DNA of 64,000 nt from the human T2T-CHM13v2.0 reference genome, Homo sapiens: NCBI RefSeq assembly GCF_009914755.1, contig NC_060925.1; one strand, written 5' to 3'. The notes under the pieces were generated by a model, which was given only the letters and a program-made list of their open reading frames with translations, made no database searches and had not been told where the DNA came from. Made by a program: the position numbers and the translations under genes. Every line of letters begins with the position of its first letter. The first letter of the stretch is position 1. Below are positions 12,080 to 23,098 of this stretch, piece after piece.

Positions 12080-12900
12080 GAAAGAGATTAAGAGTGACTT
12101 CATGATTCGAAATCTCTATAGCTAGCTGGGTAAAAGATAGGGTCAGTGACAAACTCAGAAGCTGGACACAGACCTGGTTTGGGGGATAATGATAGTTTGC
12201 TTTTGGACATATTGAGTTTCAGGTGACAGCAGCCTTAAAGTATATGCATCTGAGGGCAGCTGAAGACCCAGGACAAGGGCACAGGATAAATAACAAGTTA
12301 GAAGTACAGAAGATGTTCATTCATTCCTTCATTCATTTAACAAATATTTATTGAGTGCTTTCTCCATTCCATCCACTGTGCTAGATGCTGGTGAAAATCT
12401 GGCCTAAAATGTTGTACTCATGTAGCAAAGAATCTACTGAGAACTCACTAATCACATTAACAATGACAAACTGTGATAAGTGATATAAAGGAAAGGCTAT
12501 CACTCTAAAAATCACACTTGAAACTGTCAGCGTGGTTAAGATAGTTAATACAAAGTGCAAAAAAAAAGATGTGCAGAAGCTAAGCTTTAAGATATGGTTT
12601 GTATTTGAGCAATTGGAAAAGATGATGCAGTCCATAAGACCATGAACATGATAGAGGTGAGTAAGTCAGAGAGGTAGGAGACAGACCAGAGTACAGAAGT
12701 ACTGTGGAAGCCACGGTGTAAGGTATTTTAAGAAAAGGGAGAATGTCCAACCGTCAAATGATGCAGAGAAGAAGAGTAAGTGAAGATACTGAAATTAACA
12801 ATCAGGAAGGTACTGAGTATTTTGAAAGTACATTTTCAGAAAAACTATAGAGAAACAATCAACATCCAAGAGATTAAAAAAATGTTGATGGAAATGATGT
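12080..12900 (-). mobile_element. L2 fragments (a younger L2 3' end at ~12317-12500 nested in an older L2)
   Basis: TTCATTCATT..CAAATATTTATTGAGTGC at 12317; TTTTGGACATATTGAGTTT and TCAAATGATGCAGAGAAG L2 motifs on either side. Confidence 0.7.
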
Positions 12901-13660
12901 GGAAGCTTAATGCTCAGATCAACTATTGGTAAAGAAGTCAGCAAAATTAGTAAAATAAATGAAGAATGAAAGTAGTAAGGGACTCTGAGGAGTAGATTTA
13001 AGAAACAGGATAGGAAACAAAAGTAGGGCTTATATTTTTGAGATTATCAATGAACCCTTCAAATATTTTATTTTAAAAACATCTATCATCCTAATGGCCC
13101 CTCCCCTATTTAAAGTTTTAAAACTTTTGATGTTTAATTTTTACCTGAGCAAATAGCCAAAGACCTCTAAATATGCTGGGTGCAGAATTTTTATTGTCTG
13201 CTGCTGTGAGTTTGGACAATATAGGAAATAAAAATGAAAGTTACACATGATATAGGTTCAGGGTTTTTCAATCCCATCGGCCTATAAAACGACTAATATT
13301 AAATGATACAACTTTAATATAAGAAAACAGCCACATCTTAATTGCCAGTAAGAAATGAAATTCAGCCACAATAGAACAAAGCATCGCGATAGATTAAACA
13401 GCCTCAGTTACCCTCAACTCCTTTGATCTACCCCATTAAATCAGTATTCATCATGTTAACAGTGACCACACAGACAAAAAGCATCAAAATTGGTGTGGTC
13501 AACTGAGTCAATACATCTGACCAGTTGTCAGGCAAGTCTACAAACAAGCAGCAAAGTGTGAGTGGTTAAAAGAGGAATTATTCCAAAATAAAATTTGTTA
13601 AGTGCTATATTATTTGGCTCAACCCCTATATCTGACAAAATTTTAAAGGAAAAAAAGCAA

Positions 13661-13778
13661 AAGGAAGAAAGAAGAAGGAAGGAAGGAAGGAAGGAAGGAA
13701 GGAAGGAAGGAAGGAAGAGAGGGAGAGGGAGGGAGGGGAGGGGAGGGAGGAGGAAGGAAGAGAGGGAGGGAGGGTGGG
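13661..13778 (+). repeat. (GGAA)10 microsatellite within a polypurine GA/GGGA tract
   Basis: Ten consecutive GGAA units at 13677-13716 followed by GGGA-rich sequence. Confidence 0.95.
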
Positions 13779-14220
13779 TCGAGCAACCAAAACACACAAA
13801 AAAACCTTTCAAATGTTTTGCAGCCTCCCTCTCAGAGGTGGTATTGCCTGAGCTTAGAGCTTTTGTCAGTAGGAAAAGAAATTTGAGGAGCATTGGTCTC
13901 TCCAAGAATTGTTGGACCAGATAGTAGTTGCTATGTCCATTGGGCCACCTCAGAGGGAGGAGGCTTGTGACACAGATATTAACATAAAATTTCTACTTGA
14001 TGTATCAATCCCCAGTCAAACACTAGAACAATAATTATTTTTAAATTGAAAAATAATTGACATTTTTTCTCCTGCATCATATGTGTCCAAGATTATTTGA
14101 TTGAGATGTAAAAACTATTTCAGATTCCCAAATGATTCAAGTTTATCCATACACACAAATTGAAATGCAGAAAAAGGGGACTTAGCCAGATAAATCATCC
14201 TTGCCATCCCCGTCATCTTT

Positions 14221-14465
14221 TAGCATAGTGATTTAAAAAAACACAGGTTCTCAAGTCAGACTATCTGAGTTCAAATACCAGCTCTGTCACTTAATTTCTT
14301 GGGCAAGCCATTTAAATTCTCTTCCCTAAATTGACCATCTGTAAAATGTGGATAATGATTTTATCTACCTCATAGAGTTGCTGGAACATTAAATGAAATC
14401 ATTCTTATATAGTACTCAGAGCAGTGCCCTGGAACATAACAAACACTCAAAAATGTTAGCTGATA
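14221..14465 (+). mobile_element. MIR SINE, near full length
   Basis: TAGCATAGTG..AGTCAGAC..GAGTTCAAATACCAGCTCTGTCACTT..CATCTGTAAAATG..CTACCTCATAGAGTTG. Confidence 0.9.
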
Positions 14466-14804
14466 TTACAATAGATAATTATATTGCATTTATTCAACAG
14501 TGAACCCATTTTGGAATTATTTTATTGAATTTCTAAGCCTAAATACAGAAACTGAGGTTTCTACCTTTGGGAAGTTTATGTTTGAGGACTGACTACTGAT
14601 CTTGCATATGGTGGTCTGGGTACTCAATAGAAGCAGTGACTCATTCTCTAATAACGCCCTCATCAGTACAATCCAGCACAGATGACAACACTGACTGGTA
14701 CTTGGGCAATCATTTTTCTGCCTATATCCCTATCACTGTGAACAGGAATCACACTTTCTCATTATTGTTTCCATGCACATTATCCTTACAACTTCATAAG
14801 CTTG

Positions 14805-14980
14805 TTGAGTTGAGTTTCGAGTGCAAAACTTGTGCAGTTGCACAGAGTCCCACAGTCAAATGGTTTCCATGCTTGGCTTAACACTCTGCTGTGGCTGTCA
14901 AGAAATTCTTAGTAACTTTTGCACAACAGAACCTGCATTTTACTTTGCAGTTGGCCCCACAAAATAACTAGCTGGTCCGG
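14805..14980 (+). mobile_element. MER91A-like hAT DNA transposon
   Basis: TGTGCAGTTGCACAGAG..GCTTGG..CTCTGCTGT..GAAATTCTTA..GCATTTT..GGCCCCACAAA..AGCTGGTCC. Confidence 0.7.
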
Positions 14981-14984
14981 TCTG

Positions 14985-15086
14985 GGACCATGTCTTTTTC
15001 ATCTCTGTAACTTCAGGAACAGTGCTAAAAGCTTGCCAAACATGAACAAATGAATGAATTAAATACATACATGAATGAATGAATGA
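14985..15086 (+). mobile_element. L2 3' terminus
   Basis: GGGACCATGTCTT.. ending in (ATGA)n. Confidence 0.7.
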
Positions 15087-17638
15087 CACTGAAAACAGTG
15101 AACAAGTGCATTTCTTTTTCTCTTAAAGGAACAACAAGGGCCAAGGCACAACCCCATAAAGGAAACAACTTCTAAGCATCTAAGGTTGCCTTGTTGCCAA
15201 CCTTCCAACTGCACCATGAGTAGGGCATCACCTTACTGGGTTTTAACCATGGTGCTCTCACCAGTGTTAATGGACACTAGAAAAGGGAATTGATGGCAGG
15301 CCCGAGCAAGGCCTGAAGTATTCATTTTGATAACTGGATTCAGTCACATTTACTCCTTAAAGGTTATTAGTTATTTTAAATAATTTTGTTAAATGCTTGA
15401 GAGGGAAAATGAAGACATATTAATAAACACACAATTATACAGGTTAGAGCAACAATGCAGTGCTGGTCATTCAGGAACCCTGTGCTAATTTTAATTAGCT
15501 GCTTTCCCTTGCTTTCAAATGTAATTAAAGGAGCTTAGTTGTGCTCAGTGATGCAAGCCACCTTACTTAATCACTAACATTATTTCCCTGAACTATTAAT
15601 GATTTTCAAAACGCTTGTTTATGCAGAATTAGAACAGTAATTACCTTACCAGTTAATTTTGTACCTTCACATTTCACACCTAGCTCAAACGTCATTCATT
15701 TACCATGGCTTCTCTGTCAAAACAAAGAAATGCTTGTTCTAAATGTGCTTCTGAGTGCCAAATTGAAAGCCAAGTTTTGTAACACTAATAAAGTAGCTCC
15801 CAAGTGAAACAGGTGTAGTAATTTAGACCCTTCCTGTCTCGAGCTTGCACGTACATGCTATGTCTTTTCTTTATTAGCTTTAAAATGAGAGCTTGGTGTG
15901 CAAAATAAGCTATTTAATTCAGACTTGTGGAGCAGAATATAATCTTTAATTTAAACTAGTGCAGTAAAAAGAGGCCTTTAATTTTAACTGGCATGTGCGT
16001 GTGAATTTGAATTAATAATCCAGAAAATTGAAACCGTTTTGCTGCTGTTGCTGGATATTGACTGTTCTTCACATGCCCTTAGTTTCACTCACTCGTTTTC
16101 TCTCCAAAACCATGGCTAGTGCTTTTCTTCCCATCTTTTTTTTCCCTTATGATGTAGCTGCTTTATGCAAAGCAGAGCTTTCTGAAAAAGAAAGTCTCAG
16201 TTGACTGAACTTCCTTTCCCAAAAAACGCCTTTAATAAAAGAATACTAAATATGTATTAATGTAGTTTACAAAAAGAATATAATTGGTGTGTTCATTATA
16301 TCTACTTAAGACATAATTCAAGTGTACTCTGAATTTATGCCTGATTGAATCCTGGATGGGAAGACAATCTACCCACATTCCCAGTGACAAAACTTCACTG
16401 AATCCAAGTGTACTAATTCCTACTCTGAAGATTATTTCCAAATCGGGAGCAACGTTTTAGGAAATATTGGCAACAACAATTAAACCTATGATGCTACGTT
16501 GACTATGATTTGATAGAACTCCTTCATACTCATCCTCAAAGACCTCACATGAAGATTGCTTAGCTGGAGAGCCTCCAGGTATTATGTTAACCCTAACTGA
16601 GCTTCCACTTCCCTGCATCCTGGAAACACTGAACATGTGTACCACACAATTAGCTCTTAGCACTATGCATTAATTCCTCCATTAAGGCAGGACATTTTTA
16701 ATTGACAACACACTTCTTTGTTAAAACTTATTTCCCAGATTTTCAACACCTGGGGGTTAGAGCCATGTCCTTTAGGTAATATTTGCATGTGATTGGGTAA
16801 ATGTCCAAGATGGAAATTAATACTAAAGACATAAATGTGCAGTGTCAAATAGGTGGGGCTATGGTGCAAAAGTACACTGAACTGAAAGAATGTCAAGAGT
16901 ATTAGACAATATAAAATGTATATTTTAGAGTAGAGAAAGGAAGGGAATAATTTGGTTAGGATTTGGAGAGTTACTGGTTATATCTGATATGCATTTAGAA
17001 TAGAAAGGGAAGAGAAAGGGAAAAGCAGAAAAGGCAGGAAAGCTTGGGCAGGCTGGAATATTTGGGCTCAAACAATATCATTGCAATCTCTGAATGGAGT
17101 TGTGATGAATACACAGAGCAAAGAAGCTTCACTGGTCATGTCTTCAGCAGGAATAGCCAAGTTCCCCATGAGAGAGAAGAGTGCTGTTCTAGGGTGGTGG
17201 GGAAGACCACCCCTAGTGGAGAAGACCATTGATGGAATCCCAAATAGCCCCAGTACCCACCAAGACAAATATAAATAGATGATAGATAAATAGACACCCA
17301 GACAAAAATAGATATGCATTTATGTAAATGTCTATACCTTTTTGCTAGTTCATGAAGCTCTTTTAATAGAAGGCAAAGCTTTTCATTAATGAAAGCTTAA
17401 AATATAAATCGTTAGAAGGGAATTGTCTATGAAGGTAAGACTCATTCACATCAGAACGCAACAGTCAACATGTGTACATAACAATCCTGTGTGATATCAG
17501 CAGGTTGGCTACAGAAAGAAGATATGTGCTGACACAATTTGATGTTGTCCAGAAACTGAATGCCTTTATTCCTGCCTGGTGCATAGTTTGTCATAAAGAA
17601 ACTCCATTTCCAGCAGATTTATTAATAAAGGTAGAACT

Positions 17639-17940
17639 GTCAGGTGTGATGGCTCACGGCTATAATCCCAGTGCTTTGTGAGGCTGAGGTGAGAGGTTAG
17701 CTTGAGCCCAGCAGTTCAAGATCAGCCTGGACAACATAGTGAGACTCCCATCCCTATAAAAAATAATTTTTAAGAAAAAGTCAGATATGATAATGCACAC
17801 CTGTATTTCCAGCTACTCAGGAGGCTGAAATGGGAGGATTCTTTGAACCTGGGAGTTCAAGGCTAGAGTGAGTTATGAACATGCCACTGAACTCCAGCCT
17901 TGGTGTCAGAATGAGACCCTGTTTTTAAAACATAAAAATA
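17639..17940 (+). mobile_element. Alu, AluJ-type; tail interrupted by an L1
   Basis: Dimeric Alu (CTTGAGCCCAG, GGGAGGATT, TTCAAGGCT); TSD AATAAAGGTAGAACT (17624-17638) recurs as AATAAAGGTATAACT at 19128-19142, after the L1. Confidence 0.95.
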
Positions 17941-17943
17941 TTT

Positions 17944-18322
17944 TTTGCCCACTTTTTGATGTTTTTTGTTCTTGTAAATTTGTTTAAGTTCCTTGTAGAT
18001 TCTGGATATTATTAGCCCTTTTTCAGATGGATAGATTGCAAAAATTTTCTCCCATTTTGTATGTTGCCTGTTCACTCTGATGATAGTTTCTTTTGCTGTG
18101 CAGAAGCTATTTAGTTTAATTAGATCTCATTTGTCAATTTTGGCTTTTGTTGCCATTGGTTTTTGGTCTTATTAAAGACTTAAGTCTTTAATCCATCTTG
18201 AGTTATTTTTTGTATAAGTTATAAGGAAGGGGTCCAGTTTCAGTTTTCTGCATATGGCTAGCCAGTTTTCCCAGCACCATTTATTAAATAGGGAATCCTT
18301 TCCCCATTGCTTTTGTCAGGTT
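17944..18322 (-). mobile_element. L1PA ORF2 segment, inverted 5' arm of a twin-primed insertion, with ~83-bp internal deletion
   Basis: Antisense frame 17863-18075 reads [33 protein letters not shown] (L1 ORF2 C-terminal region). Confidence 0.95.
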
Positions 18323-19127
18323 TTCTCAAAGGAGACATTTATGAGGCCAAAAAACATATGCAAAAAAGCTCATCATCACTGATCATTAGAGAAATCCAAG
18401 TCAAAACCACAATGAGATACCGTCTCACGCCAGTTAGAATGGTGATCATTAAAAAGTCAGGAAACAACAGATGCTGGGGAGGATGTGGAGAAATAGGAAC
18501 ACTTTTACAGTGTTGGTGGGAGTGTAAATGAGTTCAACCATTGTGGAAGACAGTGCGGTGATTCCTCAAGGATCTAGAACCAGAAATACCATTTGACCCA
18601 GCAATCTCATTACTGGGTATATACCCAAAGGATTATAAATCACTCCACTATAAAGACACATGCACACACATGTTTATTGCAGCACTATTCACAATAGCAA
18701 AGACTTGGAACCAACCCAAAGGCCCATCAATGATAGACTGGATAAAAGAAAACATATATACCATGGAATACTATGCAACCATAAAAAAGGATGAGTTCAT
18801 GTCCTTTGCAGGGACATGGATGAAGCTGGAAACAATCATTCTCAGCAAACTAACACAGAAACAGAAAACCAAACACCGCATGTTCTCACTTATAAGTGGG
18901 AGTTGAAAAATGAGAACACATGGACACAGGGAGGGGAACATCACACAGTGGGGCCTGTCGAGGAGTAGGGGGCTAGGGGAGGGATAGCATTAGGAGAAAC
19001 ACCTAATGTAGATGACGGGTTGATGGGTGCAGCAAACCACCCTGGCACATGTATACCTATGTAACAAACCTGCACGTTCTGTGCATGTATCCCAGAACTT
19101 AAGGTATAATAAAAATAAATAAATAAA
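18323..19127 (+). mobile_element. L1PA (approx. PA7/8) 3' end: ORF2 C-terminus, 3'UTR and A-rich tail
   Basis: ORF2 motifs IKKSGNNRCW..CGEIGTLL.CWWECK and MFIAALFTIAKTWNQPK; G-rich 3'UTR; AGAACTTAAGGTATAATAAAAA end. Confidence 0.97.
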
Positions 19128-19434
19128 AATAAAGGTATAACTATAATTATATATAGTCTTGCTTTTATTCCTTGGATTTTGGTCATATCTTCCCAGACTG
19201 GGTTATGTCTCCCCAGAAAGGCTGGATTCATGTTGTATACACCTGTCTCCTCTTTAGAGATAAGTACTGTGCTCAGTAAATAAAAACTTGGTAGTATTGA
19301 TGTATTATTTGTAGCACTGGCTAAAGAAAGCTTAAATTTTACCAGACTTTCCAAGATGCTTAATGCAGCTCTGAGTAAATATCAGCATGGGGATCCCCTT
19401 AGTCTGCGTCATGGCTGTCCATTGTACATACAGT

Positions 19435-19600
19435 TTCACTCAGCAAACATTGACTACATGCTTACCATGTGCCAGGCATTGTGCTAAGCTGTGAGAAAAC
19501 AAAGATTAGTGATACCCCACCCCTGCCCCTAGTGAGGTAGAAAGACACACCAGCAAATAAATTAAACATGATGTGTTGTGAATCACAGATGGAAAAAGAA
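19435..19600 (-). mobile_element. L2 3' fragment
   Basis: CAAACATT..CTTACCATGTGCCAGGCATTGTGCTAAG. Confidence 0.7.
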
Positions 19601-20109
19601 CCTCTTAGAATAGACTGTTACCAATTCTCAAAAAGATCTCTAGGGATATTTGTGAAATTTGTATTTTGTTTCATGTTGTGGCTTTATTCCTTACTGTAGT
19701 ATTGTTCTAGAAGACCACTGAGGATTTTTTCAGTTCCAAAATGTTGGCCAAGCTTTCCATAAGTCAAACTGGAATACATTCTACTCTATATCCATTTTCA
19801 ATTATTAAAATTCTCTTTCTTGACCATGAAAAACAGCTAGTCTTAATTGCATATCTAAATTTTTTAAATTAATTTTAAGACAATAATTAAGTTAATCATT
19901 AGCCTTTTCTTCTCTAGAATAAAACATTCAAGTTACAGTAGACTTCCTTCATAAAGGCTATTTCTCAAACTTAATAAATATAATTAATAAGTATAAAGTA
20001 TACTTTGCTAAGTGTACAACCTTCAAATTACTTTCTATTTTTCTGTATCATTTTTCTTTTATTTCTCTTTATTTTTCTTGCCTGTCTCTCATTTCCTATA
20101 AGCATATGG

Positions 20110-20590
20110 TCTTATAAGACATTCTGCATAGAATATGAAGGCCAATAAAACCAATCCTTGCCCATAAGGGTCTTAACAGCTCTGTCAGGAAGACAGTGTA
20201 AATGATATGTTACTAAACTAACCACAAATAAAGTACTTGGGAGTATAGAGTGAATAAAAATGAAAAATCAGAAAAAGACTGACGGAGGATCGGATAGGTT
20301 TAATTTCCACAGAAAGAGGAATTGGGAAAATGCATTCAGGAAAAGAAGCCATATACGCAAGAAACAGAGAGAGACAAGAAAGCATTTGGTGTGCTTAGGG
20401 AATTCCAAATAATAATTATCATTAGGAAGATGCAGTAGGACATCAAATGATTGTAATGGAAGATAAGGCTGGAAAAGCAAGTGGAAGTCAGAGGTTGGAT
20501 GCCCTTGCATGCCACGCATTAGTGGTTGGACTCTTCTCTAGGGCAATATAGAACCACTGAGTACTTTTGAGCAGAGGAGGAAAATCAGTG
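20110..20590 (-). mobile_element. L2 fragment
   Basis: CCTTGCCCATAAGGG..GGGCAATATAGAACCACTG..TTTGAGCAGAGGAG. Confidence 0.65.
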
Positions 20591-20619
20591 AAGAAAAAAA
20601 CAAATTAGTCTCCTTGCCT

Positions 20620-20860
20620 CCTAAAGGTAAAGTGGATAAAGCATGAGCTTTGAAATTAGGAATACCTAGTTAAAATTCTGGCTTTTCCATTCGCTAAATG
20701 TTTAATCATGTAAACATTTCTTAAACTCTTTCCCCAGCCTTAGTTTCCTCATTTCTTAGAATGGAATGATAAATTCTTTTTCACTGATATGTTACGAAGT
20801 GAAATGCTATACTGTTATACTGTGCCTGGCATAGAGAATATGTTCAAAAATATTGTTCCC
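20620..20860 (+). mobile_element. MIR SINE
   Basis: GCCTTAGTTTCCTCATT and GTGCCTGGCATAG motifs. Confidence 0.75.
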
Positions 20861-20879
20861 CGTATCCCTCCCTCCGTTT

Positions 20880-21430
20880 CCAATCTGCATTCGTGACATC
20901 TCTGATTCATTCTGATGCCTCATGGACCCCCTCCCCAACCTACCCGCCCAACCAGTGGACAAATCCTGTTAGTTTTATCTCTGCACTAGCTCTTGTATTT
21001 ACACTTTTCTTGTCCTTCTGTCTTCTTCTATCCTACTTCAGACTTGCTTGAGCTATTGTTGTGGGCTCCTCCTAGTTCAGGCCACCTCCAGGCCCTCCAT
21101 CCTCCACTTCACACTACTGACTGGCCGGATTTATCTTCTTATCATCCTTTGCTTGTCCTATCACTGCTCTGGCTAAAATAATACACCCATGGTTCTGAAT
21201 AGTCTATAGAATTAAGTCCAAGTTTCTTAGTTTCACATTCAGGACTCTATAATATCTGGCCCAACAATACCTTTTTCAATATAGTCCCCATTAATTTCCT
21301 ATGTTTTAGTCAAATAAAACAATCTGTTTCCTGTACATACCCTGTGGCCTCTTGACTTTGTGCCTTTGCTCATGCCATTTCCCTGCCTGGAATCTCTTGA
21401 TTCTATCACTATTTTATTCAACTCTGAAGG
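20880..21430 (+). mobile_element. L2 fragment
   Basis: AAATCCTGTTAGTTTTATCTC; AAGTCCAAG; GCCTTTGCTCATGCCATTTCCCTGCCTGGAAT. Confidence 0.7.
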
Positions 21431-21600
21431 AAGCTGACTTGCTGAGAAAGAAATTAAGACAAGTTAAAAACAAATTGGGTCTTTGGTGACAACACTGGGC
21501 CACTGAATTTAGTAATCCTAGGGCCACCCAACTCCAGGACTTCCTATTAAGTGAGCTAACAAATTTATTTGTGGTTTAAGCCAGTTGGGTTGTTTTGTTT
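21430..21600 (+). mobile_element. MLT1 (J/K-like) MaLR LTR 3' part
   Basis: GGACTTCC..GTGAGCTAACAAATT..GTTTAAGCCAGTTGGGTTG. Confidence 0.6.
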
Positions 21601-22249
21601 TTAATTAATAATAGTTGAAAGCATTATATATGATAATATGGCCACCCACTTAATGAGCATGTGATTTAGCATAACATAGTAGGAAATAACTTGGAAACAA
21701 CTATGTATATGTCCCATGAAAATAAAGCTTATTTGCCCGGAGGATTCATACCTCCATACTCTGTATTCTATGAAGTCCATGGGCTTCCTTTTCCTGTACA
21801 TGGCACAGACTATACCTGCTATAATTTCCAGGCTCACACTTACTGTTCTTGGGCCATTCAAAAGATTTTTTTTTCTCCTGGTATGAAAATCATTTCATAA
21901 AACTTTATATGTTCCAACATTGGAGGGAATAGGTAATTACTTTCTTGTCTAAAATTTAGCCTTTTTAAATTCTCTACTTTCCCTGTCAAGGAACATAGAC
22001 CAAATCTTCAGTGGCTAGGCCAAGGGACAGTGCAGTACCAATAACAGCCCTGCCTCGGAGAGCTTCTTGGGGCATTACCCTAAAATGCTAACATGATCAT
22101 TTTCTTCACTGTTCTTTTCTTGAAATTTGGAGGACTCAGGCCCCCCAAATTTCTTTTTCCATATTTCCAATCAAGTCCAAAAAATAAGACTTTGATGTCA
22201 TAGAGCTCCTGTGATGGGCAATCCACTAGGAACCTTTTGATTCGAACAC

Positions 22250-22780
22250 CTCTAATTGTATTACTGGCTGTTTACATCATATCATAGTTATGTGAGTGCA
22301 TGCCTTATCTTTCTCTTAAATGACAAGATTCTTGAGGGCAGTTTTCTGTTTCATCTTTGTTCCCCAGCAGTTTCCTGAACTAACAGATTTTCAGTCAATA
22401 ACGAGAGGAATAGAAAGTAGCTGTGTATAGCATAGAATGCATAGGGAGGAGATTCAAGCCAGGATGTCTGCTTAGAGGGCAATGATGAAGACCGAAAGTG
22501 AATGCCTACCCTGGGCCAGTGGTGGTGGAAATGGACAGGGAAAGTAGATTTCAGAGATATTACAGTGTTGGTGTTATCAAAGACTGTAATGAAGTGGAGA
22601 TAGCAGGTTAAGAAAGGAAGAGAAATCAACCTAATTATGAAATGTGAAGCACAGATAGGAAATAACACTAAAAGAAATTAAGGAATGAAAAGTAGAAATA
22701 AAAATGGGGAAAATAAACGAGTTTAGTTTTAGTTTCTCGACATTCCTGTTAAAGTTACAGTTCTCTACATTCCTGTGAAA
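22250..22780. mobile_element. Two L2 fragments (+ ~22250-22410, - ~22430-22780)
   Basis: AAGATTCTTGAGGGCAG (plus) and GGCCAGTGGTGGTGGAAATGGA..AGATTTCAGAGATAT (minus). Confidence 0.6.
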
Positions 22781-22859
22781 TCACCAAGATCAAATATAAT
22801 ATGCTATTAGGTGTTCAACTGATTGGTGGACAAGACCTCCAGGCCTAGGTCTTGAGACA

Positions 22860-23098
22860 GAGTGCCTTTCCCAATGCTGTCCCCCTTACTGCTGGCCAGT
22901 TCCCACAGTCAAGATGATAATAAGCTCCAGGGAGATAGTGGAGCAATGTGATGGAAAAACCTGGCTCTCTGAATGTGGGGCCAACCATGAACCTGGAATG
23001 CTCACCTTGAATTATTATATCAGAAGAAAATAAACTTCCATTGTTTCAGGCTACTGGATTATAATTGGGTCTTTTTTAAATGGCATAACTTAACTTAC
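22860..23098 (+). mobile_element. MLT1 (J-like) MaLR LTR
   Basis: GGAGCAA..GATGGAAAAACCTGGCTCTCTGA..AGAAAATAAACTTC..GCTACTG. Confidence 0.6.

Noticed and set aside
13528-13924. Overlapping 125-aa and 109-aa ORFs
   Set aside because: They stay open only because they cross the GGAA/GA microsatellite.
17863-19354. ORFs with real protein similarity
   Set aside because: Fragments of a dead, truncated L1 ORF2 or its antisense strand, not host genes.
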